A stretch of DNA of 64,000 nucleotides from Dimorphilus gyrociliatus (lineage: Eukaryota > Animalia > Annelida): contig CAJFCJ010000002.1 of the NCBI GenBank assembly GCA_904063045.1, positions 2,475,891 to 2,539,890 of the forward strand. Direction: 5' to 3'. The notes beneath the pieces were generated by a model. That model was not told the DNA's origin. It saw nothing but the letters and a program-made list of their open reading frames with translations, and made no database searches. Each line of letters begins with the position of its first letter. The first letter of the stretch is position 1. This document shows, piece by piece, positions 27,520 through 39,442 of this stretch. The translations under genes were made by a program, and so were the position numbers.

Positions 27520-30275
27520 ACCTAATAAACATGGAACGCTTAATAAAAAAATATACGTATAATTTATTGATAAATTCCTGCGGGCTGCATCAACAGATAA
27601 TGACATTCCATTGAGCGAGTCATCTAAATCTGGCCCGCTGGCGACAAACCATTGCAAGTTTTCGCATGCTCTTTTCTTCTTTCTTTTCTCTCTATTCTGT
27701 TGTTTGTAACAAACAGCTTTTAAAAACAATGTGTACATAAAGTGTATATAAAGGTGGGGCACATGTTGTATACATATTCATACATATTCATAACAAAGTA
27801 TCTCTGAATAGAGTAAGTATACATATCAATATATGCATGTATAGTCTTTTCTTCTTTTCCGTTCTGTAGAATAATCTGCATTTGTATATTATAAATGAAA
27901 TAACAAGATGAAATAAAAAGCGACGCTCATTTTGGCTTTGTTGCTCTTTTTTTTCTTGTACTTGCCTGCTAATCTCCTACCTAATCCGTCAATGGAATAA
28001 TACGGATCTGTTTACAAAACGTTCCATTAGTATAATTCTTTTATTGCGCAAACACGCGTTAACAGGGTAGGTGCGTTTATATACTTTTTTTATTATACGA
28101 TTATGAAGTAAAGAGAAATCTAGTACGTGACATACATCAATAATTTATAAGGTACTAGTAAAAGTTTTCACTTTTAATAAGATATTTTATATAGGTCAAG
28201 ACGATGATGTTCTATTATTCGATATAAATCATTTCACTGTTTTATAAAGCAAATTTCGATAAAAACGAAAAGCAAGTTTTTTCCAATTTAAATGAGCTTT
28301 TCGCAGGATATTGCTTAAAGAATAGCGTTCTCTCATAGAAGCTTAGCAAAGCGTAAATATATACATTATATACTTGTATATCATTCGTAGAAAAAACTCT
28401 CGTCCGTCTTAAATAACCTCTTTTGATCATAAATAATAAATAGTTGAAAGAGACCGCCTTACTTATTTGTCTATTAATCCTGAGTTTCTTATAGAAAACA
28501 ATAAAGGCTTATTCGCTTATTATTAACACATTACTACGACTGAGAAAGGGAGAGGAATTCTAAAGTCTCGTACAGGGATTAAAGTATCCGTGCTATTTGT
28601 CTGGTGTTTTTTAACGAATATTTAAGAACAAGTAGAGTTTATCTAAAGTCCCTTTAAAACATCAAAGAGCCCGAAATACCGACCTCAGCACCTGAGTATT
28701 GTAACCAACAGCCAGATTAGACGGGTGTAAACATCCGACGTCGAGTGTTTACAAACAATAGTTTACAGTTTATATAGCTGTTTTCTTATGTACTATATGT
28801 ATTTATTACCAATACGAAGAATCTAACACAAGATTATAATTATATGTACATTATATGTGTGCACATAACCAAAAGTGGTCTATGATAGTAAACTTTATAT
28901 AAAGTCTATAACCTCTGTATATTCTGTTTAGTAAACATTTACGTATACAACTAAAAGTCAATAGTAACTTTTTTATTAGTTTAATACAAAGTCTATAGTT
29001 ATACAAATCCCTTATATACGCATTAGTTTAGTTTAAAAATATAACACTGTTCTTCTTCTTTTTCCTTGTTTATAGAGACGTTTAGGAAGATGATCTTTAA
29101 CAAAAAAATATACTCTCTATACGTAATTATTATGGTGTAAACCAATAAAAAGCTGATGGATTTATTGTTGAACAAATAAGCCTATCTGGCGATAAGCGGG
29201 TCTTATCTTATCAGGCTTGTAATAATAAACAATTTGACACTATAAACTTTTTATTCATCCACCGATTCGCACGGCTACAAAGTGACGGGAGAAAATGCTT
29301 AAGTAAAGTTTAGCAACTGGCCGGATTAAACGGATTAGGTCGGTTAGATTGGGTGAATTAAGCGTTCTCGTCGTAAAATAGATCAAACGACGCCCGATCG
29401 ATCGATACTACTCTATTCAATGTCCTCAGTGAATGCTCGATATATTTTATATTGCTATGGGAAATTGGGGTCGCTACTAGACGCAATTGTTAATTACGCT
29501 TAGTTAATTACGATTCATTTTCAATTTTTCAAAGAACATAACCAGCTTACAAGGATTAATATTTTGACAAATAGTAAATTTTTTATAATTTTAATAAGTA
29601 GCGGTAAAATATATATTTACTTAGTTTTTATTTCCCGTAATAATATACTTTTTATTAATTAAAATACTTGAGTTCCTTCTCTTCCTTATTTTCCCTCACA
29701 ACTAGTATCAATTCCTGCAGTTACCCCCCGCTGATTTCGTTCACCCTCTTGATCTGCCCCAAATGATTAGGATTGGAATTAATAACTATTGAATATATAG
29801 TTTACTTGCACTGTAAATAAGAAAAGCTAATATTGTAATTCTAATGGTATATTATCAAGAATTTCTCTTGAATATCAATTCAATAATCAAAATATTTAAG
29901 CTAAAAAAAACTTAAAAGGATACCGATTAATTATCTCTTTTTTTTTGACTTACTTACGTCAAAAAAAAGTTAAAAACGATAGGCTTTTTTTGTTTCTTTT
30001 CTTTTTTTACAGTAGTCTTATCGTTTGAGATTAGCTATATATTTCCAATATATCGGTATATAAATGTATATAAGAGTTTATTTATAGTAACCAACTATAG
30101 ATTGCGCACATCGGCGAATCGTTAGCCAGTGACTATAATAGTTTATTGTGTTAGTAATGACATCTGTTTAAACACAACATTTTGGTGCCGGCAATAAATA
30201 AAAAGTAAGTATCAATTCAGCGGTCTATTTGTTGATTTTGTAATGAGAATTGGACAATTGACAAACTACAGATTG

Positions 30276-31364
30276 TCACTCTAAAACTGTTAATTGCCTT
30301 CTCATTTTAACGCTTGGATCGTATTGGTCAGAATATAGCTGGAATAAGGTAGCCATATCTTGACCAGATCCGAATTTCCTAGTTCTGCGAGATTCATACA
30401 ATAACCGAGAAGTGGCTATTGAACTAGCTATCCTTGTTTGCGTAAAAACGCTGCTTACTCTACTAAAAGGTCTAGGCTTAGCAGATTTCTTTTTATCACT
30501 AGAAGCGTTTTCGATGGCCTTCAATAAAAGGTTTCGAGCATCCTTACCATCAAACATTGATTCTAATCTTTCGTCAACTTCCGTATACTGAAATATCTTT
30601 GGTAATTTCAATGCAGAATCAATAGACTCTCCCAGGGGATATCTAGCGGGGGTAAAATGGCGGCAAGTTGGCGCAGAGTCAACAGAATATAACGTGTGTT
30701 CCCTCTCGAATCTAGGAGCAGTATGTATAGGCATAGTTCTTGATCTGTGTAAGGCAAATGCGTTATGTAAGTCTCCGGTTCGTAAGATCCATTCGGAGGC
30801 ATTGAAAAAAAATTCATTATCTCTTAGAGACGGGCAAGCGGAACCTCTACTTATTAGTATGTAAGCGCTAGCGAAATGGCCATATTTACATGCTAACAAT
30901 AGAGGTGTGTAACCCATTGCATTTCTTGAATCAACAATTACTCCGTAGCTCTTCATTACGTTCCAAATCATGTCAACAACTCCTGGATTGCCGCTCAGAG
31001 CAGCGTGATGTAATGGAATATTTCCATCATTATCGGGCGTCGAAACGTCAACGACCTCATCCTTCAACAACTTTGCTACTATTTCTTCACGGCCCTTCAT
31101 CGCCGCGTAACTTAATGCTGTTCTTCCCATACAATCTCTTGCATTTGGATACGCAGAAGACTTTAACATTGTCTTAGTCATTTTTGACGCCATTTTGTCA
31201 TTTTCCAACAAACATGCTAACATAAGCGGCGTTCTCCCGTACACATCTTTCGAATCGATATTAGAGCCATGCTTGTGAACAAGTAGTCGAACCTGGTGAA
31301 TTCTTCCATCAAGAATAGCCTGATGTAAAGCCGTCTTCATCGGTCGTTTAGTAGCCGACGACAT
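30276..31364 (-). CDS. Ankyrin-repeat protein, 362 aa, single coding exon (N-terminal ANK repeats, loosely ANKRD34/63-like)
   Basis: About five ANK repeats (TALHQA, GRTPLMLAC, GRTALSYAA, GNIPLHHAA, GYTPLLLAC), AAAATG start context, uninterrupted ORF. Orthology not established. Confidence 0.88.
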   Translation of the reverse strand: MSSATKRPMKTALHQAILDGRIHQVRLLVHKHGSNIDSKDVYGRTPLMLACLLENDKMASKMTKTMLKSSAYPNARDCMGRTALSYAAMKGREEIVAKLLKDEVVDVSTPDNDGNIPLHHAALSGNPGVVDMIWNVMKSYGVIVDSRNAMGYTPLLLACKYGHFASAYILISRGSACPSLRDNEFFFNASEWILRTGDLHNAFALHRSRTMPIHTAPRFEREHTLYSVDSAPTCRHFTPARYPLGESIDSALKLPKIFQYTEVDERLESMFDGKDARNLLLKAIENASSDKKKSAKPRPFSRVSSVFTQTRIASSIATSRLLYESRRTRKFGSGQDMATLFQLYSDQYDPSVKMRRQLTVLE

Positions 31365-34130
31365 TTTGTCACACGCATAGATACGGTTGTGGGGGAATCG
31401 AACGAATAGGCCTTATGTAAATACGAGTAAGCTGCTTGTATATATTATAAGCTATAATCAAAGAACTATATAGTGTATATCTATTTCTTAGATATATTAG
31501 AGACAGTATACCTGTAGGAATAAAACACAGGAAAGAGAGACGCGTGCGTCGAATTATGTGTTTGTACTTTTCTTACAACAGCCGTCTCCTTAGCGATAAC
31601 TGTCGATATTCCCGTATATGAGAGCGTATCGACTTTATAGGTTTGGCTTCGACTTATATAAATTCCCCTTAAAGCTCCCCTCTGCCTCCTTTCTGTATTA
31701 TACATTAGACGCCTTCATAATAGATCGATAGCCAGATAGTCAGTAAAGCGAGATATCCTTTCCGAATTGATCCTTTTGTACTCTGCTATAATACTTTTGA
31801 ACTTTTAAGTTTGGGTTTTCATAATTGTATATAATTACATTTGAATGATTATATACCTAAGTTTTCGCATAAAGGGGTTTTGACTAATCACCGCCACACC
31901 AAATAAAGATTCAATTTGGTCGGTCACGTGATACGTAAACTAAATACTATTCCCTGTCTGTTATCATACAATTGACTGCAGTTGTTGTTACTGTCAATCA
32001 CGGCAGCCAGACGAACTGCAAACTCCTAATGACTACCTCATTTCTCAGCCGGCTGCATGACAAATTGAATTTTCCCCAGCGCATGCTAATTTCACTGACT
32101 AAAAAACTTGTTTTCTTCTCCTAAAACCTCAATTCTTTTTCCTATTCTTTTCTTTCTTTCATACTTTTTACTCGGTTTCTATTTTCCCTTCAAAAAGAAA
32201 AATCTATTCAAATCTATCGCACCCAAAAGATAATAAAAAATTAATATAAATAGGCTTAATTAGATTTTTTTTTTCTTTTAATTTCCCATCATATACTAAA
32301 TATTTATATAAATTTTTGTAAATATACAAAAGAGTCATAAATGCAAAAACCAATTTTTTTTTCTTTACAGAATCAACAAACAAAATCGAAGCGAATAGAC
32401 TTAAAAATACGCTAATAAAGGAAATATTCAATAAAAATATAAAAACCTTATATTTGCTAAATTGTGTATAAAGAGTTAGAGAAAGGGTGAGGAGGAAAAA
32501 GAAAAAAAGCGACAAATTTTACAGTCGGTCATAAAAAAAATATTCGCTTTTTTAATATCAATAAAATAAACGTATAAATAAAGAAAAAAAAGAGAGGAAA
32601 TATTATTAAGAGACTAGGGGAAATTGTCTCTTTCTCTTCCTTTTTCCCCACTCCCTTCTTCTTCTTTTATAGCCTTTAAATGCTGAATCCTTTCTTCTTT
32701 ATTTTTTTTCTTCCTTTTTTTATTTTTTACTTTTACTACTTCATCTTAACGCCAATACCAGTCTTTTTTTGTTTTGCCGATAAGATCAAAGACAAGCGGC
32801 GTTTGACATCTAGTATCCTTCATACAGCTTATTTTCTATAACTTTCCAAACGACCGCCTTTGATTTCCGGTTTCTATCTTCATATCTTTACATATCTACA
32901 TTTGTTATATGTTGTATATACATAGTATGCTGTCCACTCTCTCTCTCTCAGTATGTGTCTGTCTGTTTGCCTATCTGTTTCTTTCACTCTTTTTCTCTGT
33001 CTCTTACTTTTCTCTCTAAAAAATAAATTAGTATTGTATGTACACAATTTTACCAGAGCGTCTATAATTTACGGATTTGCTACTGTAGGCCTATACTGTG
33101 ATGTTTTGTGTACACTTTAAAAGAGAATAGGCTGTTTTAGAAAAAAACTGAACTGTCTGCAGCAATTTTGCGGCTCGATACACACGAAAGGCGTCCGGTG
33201 AAAGGGTCGCAACTATCAGACCATCTGTAACTGGTGTTCTCTTCTTAATCTCCTCGTTTCTCCTTTGAAGCGTCGCTGTATGAATTTCTACCTGAGTGAA
33301 TGATACTCTTTCATCGACAACTTATCCGAGATTGTTATCGCTTTTTTAACCCGCATTTCATTTATATTAAGGTGTTTTTAAAGTCACGTGGCTTGTACAC
33401 AATTAAATTTGTAAAATGTGCCACTACTTTTCCGCCACTTTTTTATTGTTGTCTCGAACGAGGCGTTATACAATTTAAGATTAAAACTAGGCCTATATAT
33501 ACTACTTGCCGTAATCCTTTTACTTTATTCATGGTTTTAATAGAAATTTCTATAGGTAGAGGTAACTTTTTTTAAGACTCCTTGAACAATCGAATTATAT
33601 GTTTACCCAAAGTTTTCAGTAAAATAACTTAATTAATCCTATTCTGTTCAATTAATAATAGATGGTAATTAATTCGGACGTCTCATTGTCCACTTCGCCT
33701 ATTTATTATTGCATTAGTGGAGTTTCAGATGACATTCATTTTAAGCGCTTAAGGCTATAAAGTCAAACGAGTCATTTAAGCAATAAGTTTAAGAAAACGT
33801 CTCTCAGGATGTTTAAGATTTTCAACGAATTTCGATTATTATTATCGACCATAATATCCTTAAAAAGGAAACTATTGACGCGTGACGTAATCGACTGCAA
33901 TTTTATAGCGGGCGACTGCAAAAGAAAGTGGATATTTAACGTCTAAGAGAAGTCCGTCTAGCGGAAATACGCCATCAAACACAGCCAAACTATTTCCGTT
34001 TCCGTTTTTCAAAAGTCGAATTGACTGCAGGAGACTCTTATGAAAACGTCCACAAGAGCCGATAATTAAGCAACATTTATTGTTTATTGATTCATAATCG
34101 ATGTTTTTGACCCGAGGAAAAATCGCCGAC

Positions 34131-34146
34131 CCGCAGGTGGCAGCAC
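34131..34146 (+). promoter_or_regulatory. Strong CTCF-like motif
   Basis: CCGCAGGTGGCAGCAC. Confidence 0.6.
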
Positions 34147-36889
34147 CAAAAGCTAATCCTCGCGACAAGAAAAATCTGCCATTATAAGTTTTTTAAACGC
34201 ATTTATTCATCCATAAACAAGTAGTTAACAACACAAAAGAAATGGCGGTGGAAAATTTAAATAGAGAATTAGATATGAAAAAAAATCCTCAGGCTTTAGT
34301 TTTTTTTTCATTTTTTTTTTCTTTTATTTTTTTTTTTAAAAAAAAGAAGAAAAGAAAATAATGCGGGTTTAAAAAAAGCCCCTAAACAGACCATAATATC
34401 GGAAAGAAAAGTAAAAAACTGTTACTGCCCCTTGAATAACAACCACCAGCTGACTTTCTCTCGCTCTCGCTCTCTTTCTCCCTCTTTATTCCTTCTTTCT
34501 ATCCTTTATCTTTTGTGTCTGTATACTATTATCTTTAAAACTATTGGGGAAAGACTCTGTTGTATATGTTATGTAAAGAAGAAATGTAATAGGGTGAGAA
34601 GCCTGATTGCGCGGACGTCCGTCACGCGTCACATCCGAAAATTCAACATGTTGACAAATTAGCGAGATAAACAGTGTCAGTTACTTACAAACTGCTAGTC
34701 AACTCGCCGCTGCTTTGATCTTGTCGAATCGACCGCACTTCCTGTGCGTGTGTGCCTACGTTTTCTCAGCAGGAACCCTCCTTTGATACTCCGCATTTTT
34801 TACTCGACTTTTTATCCCAAAAATCTGTCTCTTAGACATTTATAATATTATATAACTTAACTAATCACTCTTTGATTTCTTATGAATGGGATTTTTTTTA
34901 TCAACGGAAGGATTAACCTGCATATTAAGTCCTTTCTTTTAAAAACTTCAACATACCGTATCTTTTCTAAGAAATGAAAATATATATCTATAGTTTTATA
35001 CATCTAGACGACATATATACATATACAATATAGAGTTTATATATATGTATATATATATGGTCCCCCAGGGCTGACCAAACATTGACAAAACGCCGTGACA
35101 AAGTTATTGCGCCTCTTTCTCCTGCAGGACATCATTTTATTCGCTTGTGCAAACTTCCTTTTGTTTGTTTTCATCCCTTTGATGATCAGACGGGGATGCC
35201 TCACAGTTTGTCACATTTGAAAAATTGTTTATTTAAACAAGACTTTCCGATGTGTGATATCACGTTGGACGCGATGGGACAAAAATACGGTGATGACGTA
35301 AGAATACACCCTACTTTTCTTTGGCACGCGAACAATACAGATTGCCCACGTTGGGCACATTTTCAAAGACGACGGGTAAAAAATGGAATAGAAGAGGAAC
35401 GACGGAGATTTAGTGGCGGGTGGGCGGTGAAGCGGTAGGGGTTTCCTATGTTAAATATTACCTTTTCCCTTTTTTAAGTAACCAGTTAGGGTAGCCTTAG
35501 AAGCGTACTTAATGTTCGTATGCGTATTGAAAAGGAAGGAAAGGGGGGAAATTTCATAGGCTAATTATCACTTCTTACCCCTATAGCAGAACGGCTATGA
35601 TCCGCCATCAACTGGGGCGGTTTAATTATATATTGAGAAGAGTGGAACAAGAAAGGAGCACGGACGTTTGAATAGATAATGAAATTCATAGGAAAAAATT
35701 AGTGAAGAAGAAAGAGAAAGGAATGCCGTCGAACGGAAAAGACATCGCTCAATCGAACAACGAGGTTAATTTGTCAGCGAAATCGTTTTATGTAAATCTT
35801 GTTTAGCGAAGGATTTGGTGGCAAGTGATATATCTTGGGGTAAAGGAATAAAGGAAATATCGTTATTATGAGTCGTTTAGCCGTTTAAATGGGCGAGGGA
35901 GTCATTCGAGAGCAGGAAAGAAATGCATTCAACTGAGGTGCTTATGATTTATCAATTTAGCAGTCTATTAAAAATTCTAAATTTTTTATTGATTGAAAAA
36001 AATCCATAATTCCTCAATAATTATATATTTTCTATTAAGATTCTCTCACATACTTTATAATAGCGTTTATATTCTTTGTTTAAAGGGAAGATACAGATGT
36101 ACATTATTCTAAAGCGCATGCGCAATGTAATAAGAGGTAAAAACATTGTTGAAAAGTATCTAATATAAGAACATAATGCTTGATAATTCATGTAACAATT
36201 TACCAAGAGAGGTTAGTTTTATTTTGCTTGTACTCGGCAAATAATTCGTATAAAGTGTTAAATAATGAATAAGTTGAGATAATACAGGTGATAGGGTGTG
36301 GACAGGTGTAAATTCATCGAGGCGTATCATGAGCAATTTGTATCAACGTAGAGTAAAGGTACTTAGCTAATGCATTTATTTATGCTTCCCTGACTTGGCA
36401 ATTTGCTGCCAAATGTGATCAACAGATAATATTCTCCCTACCCGGCAGCCGGCTCAGTACAAACTGTTTACATACTTCAACCGAAACACAACTGGCCAAA
36501 CAAGAAGCAAACTGAGTTTGCCACGTGGTCCTACGGTTCCGGCACGATCCACGGTTATTCGATCTCGGGCTCGCCCCTATACGTCGGACCAACGCAGCTG
36601 GACGTAGGCAAATTATTTACAACCCAGGCGAAAGTTGAATGCGGGCCGTTTTTTCGACGCTCTCGATTAGACGGCGGCGTCTAATGAAGCAGATGCGTTC
36701 GCAGAATAAACAAGCGTCTCAAGTGTTTCGGCGAGCCAATTAGAAGTGAAGGTGTACACCGGTTACGTACGTACTCGGATTAATTGCCCCCGTCGTAAAC
36801 AAGACTATATATTGTATATATACACATTCACCCGCCTAAAAAATACGGTAAACTGTATATACAATACAGACCAGCGTATACTTATATAG

Positions 36890-36894
<5 letters not shown>

Positions 36895-36936
<42 letters not shown>
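36895..36936. repeat. (AT)n microsatellite of about 21 units
   Basis: Directly visible; other AT runs at about 6630, 13910, 15235 and 26150. Confidence 0.95.
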
Positions 36937-36945
<9 letters not shown>

Positions 36946-38803
36946 ACGTACATATTGTAAATACATCTTATTCTTTGTTTTATTTAAATAAATAACATAA
37001 ATCACTCCATCATATGGTATACCGTTCCAGTTTAGGCCGCCAATTAACTCGTATAATATTGTTTGAATAACGGCATCTGTAAAACTTTTTGCGGTTGGCG
37101 AAAACTATATATAAACGGCGGCCTGTTTGTTTGCCTACAGTCACGCATCGGTTATTTTGTTTTACAAACTGTTTGTCATCAACTCGTACAATTTGCAAGC
37201 ACTAACAATACGTTCATTTTCGTTCGTGTTTATTTTCACTTCTCGGCCGGCCGATTTTGACTGATGAAATTTATATTTATATACACTATTCTTTTCTCAA
37301 TGAGAACTTATTTATATGTTTTCATTTACCTTTCAAAATTCAATGCTTTTTATATAAACATATAAAAAATAAATATATGCCAGCTATTCTATCTTTTCTT
37401 TCTGTGGCTATATTCTATTATTAATTAAACGTATAAGATTTCGTTTGAACTACTTTACTAAGCCTTCATAAGCCAAAATGGAAATATTTTATTCAAAGTC
37501 CTTAGATTTTATTGGATTAATTAGGGCTTATATTGTAAAGAGTGTTTTATTAAGTTGTATATGGAGAAGAGGGAGGGGAAAAGATTCAATGGGAGAGGTA
37601 ATATGAAGGAAAAGAAAGAGAGAATAGGAGAGGAGAAAGAGAGAGACAGAGAGGGAGAGAGAGAGAGAGAGAAAGTAGTCTAAATATACTATTTATATAT
37701 AATACAAGTATATGCGGTTAAGTATAAAATACCTTCTATACCCTATTACTTCGAGAAGAAAGGAAACTAGCTAATCTCTAAGTTCCTAACCTCCAAATAT
37801 TATGCGAGAGTAAAGGAATATTGAGTACATATATATGTAAATACGGTTGACCGAGTCGCGACGGGTACGTCATCGCCCCGCTACTCATAATATTTGGGCG
37901 GAGCCGTTTCAAAGTGGCTCCCGCCGAACGGCCGGAGGCACGAAGATACGAGTTCAAACGATATTTATCGACCGGCAGTTTCGCCTACCGAATGGAGGCA
38001 TGTGAAAAAAACTGGAGGCATTTAGGAAGATGCTGGCAAAAAGCGAATCAATTTCCAGTTGTCATAACATTCATAAAAGCTTTGGGTGGAATTCTCGCCT
38101 AATAAAAACACTAAGTTCGCCGGTGAAATAGGAAAACAACGCAAGCTTTCCGGAAAGGCGAAGATAAATCACTTCTTATCCTCCATCTTTTTCCTTAGTT
38201 AACTTAATCGCAGTCATGCGCAATTTCTTTCTGCTACAACCTCATCTTTCTTACTCTTCATTCTAGACCTTCGATCAATTTTCTTTTCACATATGAAAGC
38301 TATTTGAATGAAAATAAGTCCTTCTGCAATTAATTACCCATTGAAAGAATTACAGTATTTTAAATTGCATAATAGAGAATAAAACGAATAAATAATCCAT
38401 GTTTATAGTTCTTAATCATTGTGAAATAGTATCTTGTTGCAATTGTTCTTCAGAGTTCAGTCGTATTACAAGTTCTGGCAAACACAATGACAAACAGGCG
38501 CTATAAAAGTTAAGAAAAGAACGCGATTTAAACCCTCAAAAACATATATAAGTTAAACAATGAAGCGGGCGAATAAGGAACGCACTTGTAAAAACAAATC
38601 AACTCGCACGTGCAGTTAGAAACATGTGAAGTTTGTACAGTATACACTGCGAGTTACGCCACTAAGCAATTCTTGTTTTTCTTTTGTCTATTTTTCTCTA
38701 AAGCAGAAAGTCTGTAAATATTAAGATCGTAGTTTTTCTCACGCATTTTTCTATAAAAACCCAAACACCCTTCTTATTGCCTGAGGATCTAATAAAACAA
38801 GCT

Positions 38804-38975
38804 ACGCCATCTATAGTTATTTACTCGTAACTCCTCAGCAGTAGTCCCCTTTTTCTAAATTACCGGCATCCGAGTTATAAAAAGAGTTATTGCGAGATGC
38901 CTCGAGCAGTCAATTTTTAGCATGTTTTCAAAAGGAATAAAGACGTTTCATTATCCGACTGACAGATGGCAGCAC
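38804..38975. promoter_or_regulatory. Divergent pair of CTCF-like motifs 3' of CBWD
   Basis: Reverse TAGATGGCGT at 38804-38813 and forward CAGATGGCAGCAC at 38963-38975. Confidence 0.5.
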
Positions 38976-39442
38976 CTCGATATAGAAAGAGGGAAAAACG
39001 TCGCAATCAAAGTCAACACGTCTACTTGAGAATTCAATAAAATTTACGTTCAAAAGAAAATTTATACAAGTTGTAAAAAGTTTCGGTTACCTATAAAGGG
39101 AATGAAGTACTGAAATGAATATGAGACCGCAATAATAAAACCCCTACGTTGAATTTCTCATCAATTCATACTGTGAAAGAGCTATTTTCAGGAGTCGGAC
39201 GAGTGCCCTCATAACCAATCTAACATGGACAATTGACGATGTCGGATAACTAATCGAGCGTTACTAAAGCATCAAAGAATCTTAATTTGAATTCATGTAA
39301 CGAATATTATATGAGCGTAAAAAAGAATTACCTAATCCCCCCTACAAAATTGACTGATCGTACAAGATTGTTGATAATAAACAACAGTTGATTAAATATC
39401 GCATAATTAGAAATTATTTAATAGGAAAAATAAGATTAGCTA

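Noticed and set aside
31391-31403. GTTCGATTCCCCC on the minus strand resembling a tRNA T-loop or Pol III B-box
   Set aside because: The T-stem does not pair, and there is no A-box, anticodon arm or acceptor stem.
36430-36684. 84-codon stop-free plus-strand frame
   Set aside because: No start codon, no recognisable family, and such lengths are expected in a GC-richer patch; more likely an enhancer.
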